A DNA stretch of 64,000 nt, from NCBI GenBank assembly GCA_965200645.1, contig CBDAUN010000001.1, forward strand, positions 211,044-275,043, read 5' to 3'. Position 1 is the stretch's first letter. Every line of letters starts with the position of its first letter. The DNA is from Arenicellales bacterium. Lineage in GTDB: Bacteria > Pseudomonadota > Gammaproteobacteria > Arenicellales > JAJDZL01. The position numbers and the translations under genes are program-made. Below the pieces are notes generated by a model. That model was not told the DNA's origin. It saw only the letters and a list, made by a program, of their open reading frames with translations, and did not search any database. This document shows positions 41,977 through 50,742 of the stretch, piece after piece.

Positions 41977-43289
41977 AGTTCGCGACCTGCGCGAGACCTT
42001 CTAAAGGCAAAGTTCATGCGCGCACCCCAACCCAGAAATGGTCGAGGCGGTAATCGATTTGGCCGCCCGGCACCCAACATAAACTCCAGCAATTCGGACG
42101 TTTCCCCAGAAATCAATTCCGCCAGTAACTTGCCACAGATCGTACCACGGGAAATCCCCACTCCATTGTGGCAAAAACTGCCAAAAACTCGGTCAGCCAG
42201 TTCGCCGAAGACTGGCTCGTTATTCTGCGACAGTGCAAGTGCACCTCCCCAAGTGAATTCAAACTCCACTTCCGACAACATTGGGAACCGATTGTGAAAC
42301 GAGTTTGAATGCTTTTTTCGAACCCAGCGCAGCATATGCTCTTCAGGATTAACGCCCCGGCTGTAACTATAAATGTTGCGGACTAAAATTCGATCATCCA
42401 CGGTCCTTCTGACTGACGACCCAAAAGGATCGGAAGGAATAATTCCCCAGGATTCTGTGCCTCCAAGTTCTGCCACCTCATCTGGGGTCAGTTTACGTGT
42501 CATGCTGGCCCAGGTAGAGACTGGAATAATACAGTGGTTATAAAAGCCAAATCGGGGGGCAAATCCGTTGTTGGTTAGAAGCACCGTGTGAGCAGAAAAC
42601 TCCCCTTGGGGAACCTTGATTCGGTGAGTCTTCCCATAACTGATTTCAGTTACTGGTGAATCTTCATAGACACTCACATTTTGTGGCATGGTCCTAGCAA
42701 ATCCGGTCACCATGGCGGCGGGCTGAATCTGCACAGTACCAGGGGTATAGAGTGCGGAATTATAAAACGGTATACCGGTAACCGCCTTCATTTCAGCTGC
42801 ATCTACCCATCGGTAGTCTACTTCCAGCAGATCTAGATTGCCGGTGTAGTTTTGCAGAAGGGCTTTACCGCGTTCGGTAGCAGCGCCGTGAAATTTACCA
42901 TCTTCACGCCAGTCGCACTCAATGGCCTGAGTTATTACCGTTTCGCGCATGTAGTCTTGGCCAGCCCGATTGAGCGCTAACTGTCTTAGTTCCTCATCCA
43001 GCGAACCCGCAAAATCTTTAGCCCGAATGTTATGGGCTTGGTCGATCGCAAAACCGGAACAACGCCCAGCCGCATTGTTGCCGATACGTCCAGCATCAAT
43101 GAGTGCTATCGAGACTGACGGATTCAGGTCGGCCAATCGTCTAGCTGCAGCTAGACCTGTAAAACCACCGCCAATAATCGCGTAGTCAACTGAAATATTG
43201 CCGACTGCGGCATTCGCCGGCGCAAGGGGTGGCAGAATTTCCAACCAGCCATTTCGGTTGTCGCTGGCTGGGAGAAGGTTGACTTTCAC
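41973..43289 (-). CDS. FAD-dependent amine oxidoreductase (DAO / PuuB-like)
   Basis: IIGGGFTGL, GRCSGF, C-terminal NGVGISRGT. Confidence 0.85.
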   Translation of the reverse strand: MKVNLLPASDNRNGWLEILPPLAPANAAVGNISVDYAIIGGGFTGLAAARRLADLNPSVSIALIDAGRIGNNAAGRCSGFAIDQAHNIRAKDFAGSLDEELRQLALNRAGQDYMRETVITQAIECDWREDGKFHGAATERGKALLQNYTGNLDLLEVDYRWVDAAEMKAVTGIPFYNSALYTPGTVQIQPAAMVTGFARTMPQNVSVYEDSPVTEISYGKTHRIKVPQGEFSAHTVLLTNNGFAPRFGFYNHCIIPVSTWASMTRKLTPDEVAELGGTESWGIIPSDPFGSSVRRTVDDRILVRNIYSYSRGVNPEEHMLRWVRKKHSNSFHNRFPMLSEVEFEFTWGGALALSQNNEPVFGELADRVFGSFCHNGVGISRGTICGKLLAELISGETSELLEFMLGAGRPNRLPPRPFLGWGARMNFAFRRSRAGREL

Positions 43290-43298
43290 TAAATCATT

Positions 43299-44783
43299 CT
43301 AGGAAAGATCAATCCAGATGGTCTTTTGCTCGCAATACTGATCATGTGCCGACAGGGACTTGTCCCGCCCACCGAAACCGGACTGTTTAAAGCCGCCGAA
43401 TGGTGTTGTAGCATCACCTTCGCCGTAACAATTCACCGCAACGGTTCCCGCCTTGATGGCTCGCGCGACCGTATGTGCCGTCTTGTTGTTGTCGGTGAAA
43501 ATTGAGGCAGCAAGGCCATATTCTGTGTCATTGGCCATAGTAATCGCATCATTTGGGTTTTCAAATGTCATCACTGCGAGTACTGGACCAAATACTTCTT
43601 CAGAAGCTAGACGCATATCTGATTTTACATTTTCAAAAATCGTTGGCTCAACAAAATAGCCCCCACTATCTTTGCGTACTTGTTTCCCGCCAATGACGAG
43701 CTCTGCACCGGACTGTTGTGCTGCCGTGATATTGTCGAGCACTTTTTCCATGTGACCTTGTTCTATCATCGGACCAATACGAGTAGAGGACTTGAGAGGA
43801 TCTCCGACGACCCAATCACGCGTACGTTCGACCAGTAATTCCAGCAGTTCATCCTTGATACTCCTGTGAACAATCAGTCGCGAATTGGACGAACAGTTTT
43901 CGCCCATGTTCCAGAATATTGAATTGGCAGCATGCTCCGCGACAGTATCAAGATCATTGACATCATTCATCACGATAAGTGGGTTCTTGCCACCACATTC
44001 GAGCAATACCCGTTTCAGATTGGACTCAGCGGAGTACTTGAGGAATAGTCGACCGGTATCAGTTGAACCGGTAAATCCGACGCAGTCGACTCCGGGATGC
44101 AATCCGATCGCCCTGCCAGCCGTCTCGCCAAAGCCTGGCACGACATTGACCACACCATCCGGTATACCCGCTTCGGTGGCAAGTTCACCAATGCGAATTG
44201 TCGAAAGTGATGTTTGTTCAGCAGGCTTCAGAATGGCGGTATTGCCGCTGGCCAAGATTGGCCCCAATTTCCAAGCTGTCATCATGACGGGGAAGTTCCA
44301 CGGTAATATCGCGCCGACCACACCGACTGGCTCGCGCACGATCATTGAAACCACACCGGGACCGCTGGGTGACAATTGATCATAAATTTTGTCTGCAGCC
44401 TCTGCGTGCCAGCGAATCGTATTGACAGTTTCCGGCAAATCGATTTCCAAGCAATCTGTAATCGGCTTACCTGCTTCCAGTGCATCCATCATCGCCAACT
44501 CTTCCGCATTTGCCTCAATGAGTGTCGCAAAACGCTGCAGGTGTACTTTCCGTTCTGAAGGACTTAACCGTGGCCATGGGCCCTCATCAAATGCCTTACG
44601 AGCGGCAACAACGGCCAGATTGACATCAGCTTCATCGGCCTCGGTAATTTCAGCTAAAACTTTCCCATTTGCCGGGTTCAGCGTCTGGAACGTTTTACCG
44701 CTTTGCGCATCCATCGGCCGCCCGCCGATGATCATCTTGGTGGAAAGCTTTACGGAACTTGGGTGATCTTTCTCTTTCGACAT
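43299..44783 (-). CDS. Aldehyde dehydrogenase (PuuC-like)
   Basis: PWNFP, KPAEQT, FTGST, LECGGK, GENCS catalytic Cys, EEVFGP, PFGGFKQSG. Start at MSKEKD. Confidence 0.92.
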   Translation of the reverse strand: MSKEKDHPSSVKLSTKMIIGGRPMDAQSGKTFQTLNPANGKVLAEITEADEADVNLAVVAARKAFDEGPWPRLSPSERKVHLQRFATLIEANAEELAMMDALEAGKPITDCLEIDLPETVNTIRWHAEAADKIYDQLSPSGPGVVSMIVREPVGVVGAILPWNFPVMMTAWKLGPILASGNTAILKPAEQTSLSTIRIGELATEAGIPDGVVNVVPGFGETAGRAIGLHPGVDCVGFTGSTDTGRLFLKYSAESNLKRVLLECGGKNPLIVMNDVNDLDTVAEHAANSIFWNMGENCSSNSRLIVHRSIKDELLELLVERTRDWVVGDPLKSSTRIGPMIEQGHMEKVLDNITAAQQSGAELVIGGKQVRKDSGGYFVEPTIFENVKSDMRLASEEVFGPVLAVMTFENPNDAITMANDTEYGLAASIFTDNNKTAHTVARAIKAGTVAVNCYGEGDATTPFGGFKQSGFGGRDKSLSAHDQYCEQKTIWIDLS

Positions 44784-44806
44784 CTTACTGTATTCTCTCA
44801 AGGAAA

Positions 44807-45769
44807 TTAGCGTCTGACGTATGACTGGATGAGCCAGTCTCGCTCTTCTTGCCAATCACGCCAAACCAGCCGATCCGCACTGGTTCGATTCACTGGCAAC
44901 TTGTTCATGGCCATGCGCAGGTCATGGCGTGCTGGCCCAGTAACAACAGGCAGAGGTTTGCGCGGGGGACCCATATCACGACCGGATAGTTTGGTCGCTG
45001 CCTTAACGCCAGACATGTAATCCACATCATGACGGTTTCCGTAGAGCCAAAGACATACTGTCTCCATCGCCTCCCACAGTATGAGAGCCTCAGCGAATTT
45101 ACCTTCTGCAATCAAATTGTAGAGTTGGGCACACTCATGGGGCATAAAATTAGCTGCACCCCAAATCATGCCAATACAACCATTCATCAGGGCAAATGGC
45201 GCAAATGCATCAATCCCATTGAAAACACCACCACCGGTCGCAACCAACTTTTGCTGGGCCGCAAAATCACATGAACTGTCTTTGACATAGTCGAGGTTTT
45301 CTACGGCCAATAGTCTGCGGTACATATCATGGGTTAAGGGTGCGGCCTGTTGCGGGACGTTGTACATCACGACTGGAATGCTAATGGCTTTGGCAATAGC
45401 TTCATAGTGATACATGACTCCACGCTCAAAGGGTGGTTCAAGATATGGCGGCATGATCATTACTGCCGATGCCCCTGCATCTTCTGCCGCACGGGACTTT
45501 TCGATGCAATCCATGGTACTGAGTGCCGTTGTCTGCGCTACTGTCGGACAGCGGCCATCGACGTGCTTTGCACCGACTTCAATCAGCCAACGTTTTTCAC
45601 TATCACTAAGGTAGGCGTACTCCCCTGTGCCAGAGCAAAGCACAAGGCCATGTAAGCCAGCCTCGATTAAATCATCGATATGCGCCTTATATTTGCCCTC
45701 ATCAATCTTTTCGCCACGGTCATCCATTGGCGTACACATTGCAGCAAAAATACCATGTAAGTTAGTCAT
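44807..45769 (-). CDS. DapA/DHDPS-family aldolase/lyase/deaminase
   Basis: SGTGE, MYNVP, Schiff-base YVKDSS. Confidence 0.85.
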   Translation of the reverse strand: MTNLHGIFAAMCTPMDDRGEKIDEGKYKAHIDDLIEAGLHGLVLCSGTGEYAYLSDSEKRWLIEVGAKHVDGRCPTVAQTTALSTMDCIEKSRAAEDAGASAVMIMPPYLEPPFERGVMYHYEAIAKAISIPVVMYNVPQQAAPLTHDMYRRLLAVENLDYVKDSSCDFAAQQKLVATGGGVFNGIDAFAPFALMNGCIGMIWGAANFMPHECAQLYNLIAEGKFAEALILWEAMETVCLWLYGNRHDVDYMSGVKAATKLSGRDMGPPRKPLPVVTGPARHDLRMAMNKLPVNRTSADRLVWRDWQEERDWLIQSYVRR

Positions 45770-46256
45770 ACCCGTCTCACCTGAAAAGTCTCACCACACT
45801 TGATGGGACACTGAGTTCAAATTTGTTGCATAGTTTATATTACTTAACTTTAAACTCGAAAACAAATGATGTATTCAACAAAATAATTAAAAATATTTGA
45901 TCATGATGACGACTGAACCAGAGACGAAATTTATGAAGAGTTTTATACTGACTTCAAGGATGTGTATCAGCATTTTTGACTCATTGAATAAAGTCGGAGC
46001 AGAATGTAACGATGCGAATTTTATTGCGACCAAGACTTTTGAATGAATTCAATCAGGACTAGTGCAGTTTTCACCTAAAAAATAAATTGCCCGCCTATAA
46101 GACTAGGTGTATTAGGCAGTGAAATCATTAGCGTTTGTATGTTATTCGATGACGCTTCGACTGATTCATGTGAAAGGAAGTACTTATGCCGTTGCTGTTG
46201 AGTAAAGACCCAGAGCCCACCTGAACTAAATTATCACCTGCTTGGAGGGTTTACAA

Positions 46257-46388
46257 ATGTGGAAAAATGTAGTGGAAATATTGTTCTCCATCGCTGATGC
46301 AATTTTAGGCATTTTGTTTTATGCTCTTAGTATCAGTATGCTCTGGGCGGTTTATATCTGGGTGATAAAACCTTTATTCTTCGAGTGA
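46257..46388 (+). CDS. Small hydrophobic membrane protein (43 aa), not in the ORF track
   Basis: GGAGG at 46244-46248, then ATG 46257: MWKNVVEILFSIADAILGILFYALSISMLWAVYIWVIKPLFFE*. Confidence 0.6.
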   Translation: MWKNVVEILFSIADAILGILFYALSISMLWAVYIWVIKPLFFE

Positions 46389-46510
46389 TGAAACACATTC
46401 TACATTCTTTTACAACTAGTAAACGGTCACGGAAACACGTAATTCACCCGTTCCATTTCAGATGCAATTTACCTGTTGATGGATGCTAAATTTAATGTGC
46501 AACCACTGCC

Positions 46511-46665
46511 TATAATGCGTTAATATCAGGGGGTTGATGGCGGGCAAAGTTGTTCTGTGAAAGGAATTGCCGAAAGAAATGGTGCGGCCCGAAGTGAAAA
46601 CCCGCCAGTGATTCTCAGGAGATACCCTGAAAACAAGGATTTTTAGGTGAAATCAGCACTCCCTC
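46511..46665 (+). promoter_or_regulatory. TATAAT promoter box followed by a candidate structured leader RNA
   Basis: TATAAT at 46511-46516. Nested pairings tggcggg/cccgcca, ggcaa/ttgcc, tcaggg/ccctga, cctgaaaa/tttttagg. Confidence 0.35.
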
Positions 46666-46790
46666 AACAGAAACATTTATACTATTTTATGGCTCTTCAT
46701 TTGGTCTCCCAAATGGTACTGAACTAACCTCGTCATTCGTACCAACAAGAAATTTCCGGTTATCTCTTCACCAACAAAGGTAAATTAGTT

Positions 46791-47366
46791 TTGACTAAAG
46801 TTAAAGAACAAATTCTTGCTGCCAACCAAGAACATGTTCGCCGGTGCAAGAACCGGCCGCCACTGCCAAAGTCACTTGCAAAGTCTGCGGCGATCTTAAC
46901 TTGTATGGACCATCGTATTGACCCCGCTCAATTTGCCGGCATCGTCGAAGGAGACGCTCATGTCATTCGCAATGCTGGAGGACGTGCGAGTGATGATGCC
47001 ATCCGTTCCTTAGTGGTTTCCCACAAACTCATTGGCACTACGGAATGGTTTGTCATTCACCACACAGCATGCGCAATGGCCACCATTACGGACCAAACCA
47101 TAGCGACATTGCTGGCTGAAACCCTAGACCCCGCAGTCAACAAAGATGGGGTTTGGTGTAATGAACATGCAGGAGTAGGCTCAAACGAGGGACATTACCG
47201 AGAATGGCTGACCATCCGAGATATGCATGGCTGTGTTCGGCAAGACGTTCAACGAATTGCAAAACATCCCTTGGTTTCTAAAAAAATTTCGATTTACGGC
47301 TATATATATAACGTGGACGACGGATCGTTAACTGAAGTGGAAGGAGCCACACGGTTAGGAAGTTGA
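46791..47366 (+). CDS. Beta-class carbonic anhydrase (clade D-like)
   Basis: LTCMDHR (CxD), RNAGGR, HHTAC (HxxC) zinc ligands. Confidence 0.9.
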   Translation: MTKVKEQILAANQEHVRRCKNRPPLPKSLAKSAAILTCMDHRIDPAQFAGIVEGDAHVIRNAGGRASDDAIRSLVVSHKLIGTTEWFVIHHTACAMATITDQTIATLLAETLDPAVNKDGVWCNEHAGVGSNEGHYREWLTIRDMHGCVRQDVQRIAKHPLVSKKISIYGYIYNVDDGSLTEVEGATRLGS

Positions 47367-47411
47367 CCGACAAGTAAGGTCAACAAAATAAGCAAAGGCG
47401 TAGTGGTCTAA

Positions 47412-48236
47412 TTAGGGTTTTAACCACTGACCATACAGTTCCGAGAGTGTGGCATTGCTCACCACAGTACTGGAGAAGTCAAAAGTCCCATCATTCAACA
47501 TTTGCGTCCCCACATCAAAAACTGTGGTGTAAGCAAGTCGAGACAGTAACCCGCCAACACTGATTCGTTTCACACCAACTTCCTGTAAGTTCGAAATTGT
47601 AAAGCTAGTACCGGGTAATCCGGCCAAAACGTTCACAGGTGTTTTGGTTTGCGAGCAAACCTGACGAACTGCATCCAGTGTGCGTAGCCCCGGTGCATAA
47701 AGCACATCGGCCCCGCATGCCTCGAACGCCTGCAGTCGATCAATGACATCGTCAAGATCCGTTCGATTCCACAGAAAATTTTCGCAGCGCGCGGTTAATA
47801 CGAAGTCACTATCCAATGCATCGCGAGCCTCACACGCAGCTTGGACTCGTTCAATAGCCAAACTTCGATCATAAATTGGAAGATCCAGATCCCCAGTGTG
47901 GTCCTCAATGGAGCATCCCGCAAGACCAACTTCTGCTGCGGCAGAAATAGTAGTTGCAACACTTTCGGGAGAGTCGCCAAAACCTTTTTCAAGATCGGCG
48001 GATACAGGTAATTCGGTTGCTTCAACCATCTGACGACAGTGTCGCAATACCTCATCTCTATCTACTGCACCATCCGGCAAACCGCGGGAATATGCCATTC
48101 CCGAACTGGTAGTAGCAAGCGCCTTAAAGCCCATGGAAGCAAGAATTCTAGCTGAACCTACATCCCAGGGGTTAGGGATGACGAACAATTCGTTCTGGTG
48201 ATGCAAACTTCTAAACTCTTTACAAATGTCCCTCAT
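47412..48236 (-). CDS. Isocitrate lyase / PEP mutase family protein
   Basis: PNPWDVGSA, ATTSSG, ADLEKGFG, GCSIED, GADVLYAPG, RISVGG. Confidence 0.88.
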   Translation of the reverse strand: MRDICKEFRSLHHQNELFVIPNPWDVGSARILASMGFKALATTSSGMAYSRGLPDGAVDRDEVLRHCRQMVEATELPVSADLEKGFGDSPESVATTISAAAEVGLAGCSIEDHTGDLDLPIYDRSLAIERVQAACEARDALDSDFVLTARCENFLWNRTDLDDVIDRLQAFEACGADVLYAPGLRTLDAVRQVCSQTKTPVNVLAGLPGTSFTISNLQEVGVKRISVGGLLSRLAYTTVFDVGTQMLNDGTFDFSSTVVSNATLSELYGQWLKP

Positions 48237-48287
48237 ATTTGCTACTCCAAAGAAACTAAATCTGGATTTATTCTTTAACTCAACAAA

Positions 48288-49199
48288 CTACGCACGTGAA
48301 CGCAACGTAATCACTATTCCCGCCATTATGATCAAGACAATGCCGATCAAACTAAATTTATCTGGCACTTCATTCCAAATCACCCATCCCCAAAATCCAG
48401 CGAATACTAAGAAACTATATTCGAAAACTCCAACATAAGTCGGCTCTGCGATCTGGTATCCCCGAATCAATCCATACACACCGACCAGTGACCCAAAACA
48501 TTGAATTGTCGTCCAAAACCAAAAGCTAGGGGTTAATTCAACCCACCCAGTAAAAATAAATGGGGCAGATTGAACTCGGGCTTCATCAAATCCTGCAAAC
48601 TCTATCACTGTCATTCCCACCAAGCCCAAAAATGCACATGCCAGGAAAAAACCTAATAAAACTGCAATCGTTGATTCTTCCGAGCACCAATGTCTCGTTA
48701 CCAACTGACCAAGGGCATACATAATCCCCGCAAATAAGGGCACGAGAACAAATAGGTTCAAGTGAGTTACATCTGGCTTTAAGACTAGCACAACACCCGT
48801 AAATCCTACCAACACAGCTCCAATTCGCCATATGCCTATCCGCATTCGAAACAGCAAAGCTGAAAATATCAACAAAAAGATTGGCGAGCTGAATAGAGTC
48901 GCTCCCGCCTCTGCGATTCGCATCACTGAAAGCGAACTAAAGTAAATCAATATTGCCGCAGACAACAATATAGAGCGCACCGCTACCGCCCAAAACCGAA
49001 TGGGCATAAGGGATTGCTTCTTCCATAGGCTAAAGCCAATGATGAGTGGAACTGCTACCAAAGCCCGCACGAAGTAAAACTGCCACACTCCAGCTTCCAT
49101 GGCAACGAAACGTATGAAGTTATCAATCAGCCCAATAATTGCCATTGAGCCGACAATCATCATTCCACCGCGAAAAATATTGGACGTAACTTCAGGCAT
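48288..49199 (-). CDS. DMT/EamA family transporter
   Basis: About 10 hydrophobic segments in two EamA-like repeats; F.SPIF, GF.GV.LVL.P, FEYS.L. Confidence 0.85.
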   Translation of the reverse strand: MPEVTSNIFRGGMMIVGSMAIIGLIDNFIRFVAMEAGVWQFYFVRALVAVPLIIGFSLWKKQSLMPIRFWAVAVRSILLSAAILIYFSSLSVMRIAEAGATLFSSPIFLLIFSALLFRMRIGIWRIGAVLVGFTGVVLVLKPDVTHLNLFVLVPLFAGIMYALGQLVTRHWCSEESTIAVLLGFFLACAFLGLVGMTVIEFAGFDEARVQSAPFIFTGWVELTPSFWFWTTIQCFGSLVGVYGLIRGYQIAEPTYVGVFEYSFLVFAGFWGWVIWNEVPDKFSLIGIVLIIMAGIVITLRSRA

Positions 49200-49436
49200 C
49201 AAGAAATACTTTCTTGCTTAAATTCGAATAACGCACAGACATAACTAGCACCCTCAACCTGATGCGATAAATCAATACGTACTTTGATTTTGACATTTTC
49301 CGTTTTGTCTTTATTCCTGCACGGAATTATCTGTGAATCCTTGCCTGAATAATCGCACATTAAAGCCGGCACCCACTGAGTAGTGCAAAGCATACACAGT
49401 AGTTGAAATATTTGTACATATTTAATCAAAATTTCA

Positions 49437-49458
49437 ATAACATACATATGTATGTTAT
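49437..49458. promoter_or_regulatory. Perfect 22-bp palindrome; candidate LexA operator
   Basis: ATAACATACAT|ATGTATGTTAT, ending 32 nt upstream of the lexA ATG. Confidence 0.6.
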
Positions 49459-49490
49459 ATTGCGTGAACATATCACAGAGGCACCAACTC

Positions 49491-50129
49491 ATGGCATACA
49501 CAAAACCCGGACAGACTCGAAACAAAATCTATCAGTTCATGCGTAAGCGATTGCTGGAAGGACGCCCACCGACCGTACGCGAAGTGCAGAAAGCATTTCA
49601 AATGCGAGCTGTACAGTCCGCAAAGTCTCATTTGAATGCACTGGTTCGTGAAGGCAAGTTGCTTCAGGAACCGGGTAAGTCACGCAGCTATCGGTTGCCA
49701 AGCAAGACAAACTTTGTCCGTCGGCTCGTCCCTCTTATTGGCGAAGTTCCCGCTGGACAGTTAAATATCGCTCTTGAAAACTTCGAAGGCTACATCCCCA
49801 TTCATTCCCGATACAAAGACGATGAAATTTTTGCTCTACGAGTGCGCGGCGACAGCATGATTGACGCTGGAATTCTGAATGGCGATGTCGTCGTTGTACA
49901 TCGCCATGCACAATTTCAATCGGGAGACATTGTCGTAGCACTGGTCGACAACGAAGCAACCGTCAAGGAACTTTACACTACCGATAGCGAAGTCCAACTG
50001 CGTCCCAAAAATCCCGAATACCCCATTGTCACAGTATCTCTAAAGGATTTGATGGTGCTGGGGAAGGTCATTGAAGTACGTCGCTTCCTGGAGGGCATTG
50101 ATCTAATTGATGAGGTGCATTATGCCTGA
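49491..50129 (+). CDS. lexA: SOS repressor LexA
   Basis: PPTVRE wHTH, VPAG cleavage site, GDSM (Ser) and EATVK (Lys) dyad. Start at ATG 49491, after GAGG. Confidence 0.92.
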   Translation: MAYTKPGQTRNKIYQFMRKRLLEGRPPTVREVQKAFQMRAVQSAKSHLNALVREGKLLQEPGKSRSYRLPSKTNFVRRLVPLIGEVPAGQLNIALENFEGYIPIHSRYKDDEIFALRVRGDSMIDAGILNGDVVVVHRHAQFQSGDIVVALVDNEATVKELYTTDSEVQLRPKNPEYPIVTVSLKDLMVLGKVIEVRRFLEGIDLIDEVHYA

Positions 50130-50742
50130 AGTCGCTGTTGACCTTCGTACGCTGTCGCAGATAACACAACACAATTCGAGCCAGAAATCGCAATGGAACC
50201 TGCGTGAACTTGAGGGAAGGTTGGTGGAAATTTCCGATCCCCAACCCGTTGCGGCATTGAGTTTTGCATTTGTTCTTATTCACGAAATCCAAACCAAAGG
50301 CCACTGTTCTGCATGGATTGGGTGCGCTGACAGTTCATTCTACCCTCCCGACGCAGCCGCTTGCGGCATCGACTTAAGATGTTTGCCGATATTGCGCATG
50401 AAAAACCACCACGATGCATGTCGAGCAGCAGAAACACTGCTGCGAAATGGGGCATTTCAGTTTGTAGTTATTGACTTGATTCGTGCCGGGCGGATTCATT
50501 CTGCCACTCAGGCCCGTCTGCATGCACTGGTAAAGCGCTATCAGGCAAGCGTACTATTCATGACTGAGAAGTCTTCCGTCGACCCGTCCATTGGACCATT
50601 AATATCACTGCGGGCCCATACAGCCCGAACACACTTGGAGCAGGGGAAGTTTTTGTGCACAGTTCATGCCGTTCGCGACAAACGAAGCAGCTCAAGCTGG
50701 TCTTGGTACACATCATTTTCTGGGGTCGATGGCTACTACTAA
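50122..50742 (+). CDS. imuA: RecA-like ImuA protein
   Basis: GRLVEIS, AWI..SSFYPPDAA..GIDL..L, LLR.GAF..VVID. No intact Walker A. Lies between lexA and imuB. Confidence 0.75.
   Translation: MPEVAVDLRTLSQITQHNSSQKSQWNLRELEGRLVEISDPQPVAALSFAFVLIHEIQTKGHCSAWIGCADSSFYPPDAAACGIDLRCLPILRMKNHHDACRAAETLLRNGAFQFVVIDLIRAGRIHSATQARLHALVKRYQASVLFMTEKSSVDPSIGPLISLRAHTARTHLEQGKFLCTVHAVRDKRSSSSWSWYTSFSGVDGYY

Noticed and set aside
46195-46250. TPP-riboswitch-like fragment (acctgaac...ggaggg)
   Set aside because: Lacks the CTGAGA element and proper stems; better explained as the RBS region of the small ORF.
49199-49525. 108-aa minus-strand ORF, and the longer lexA start at 49452
   Set aside because: It overlaps the lexA promoter and palindrome, has no recognisable motif, and ATG 49491 has the RBS.
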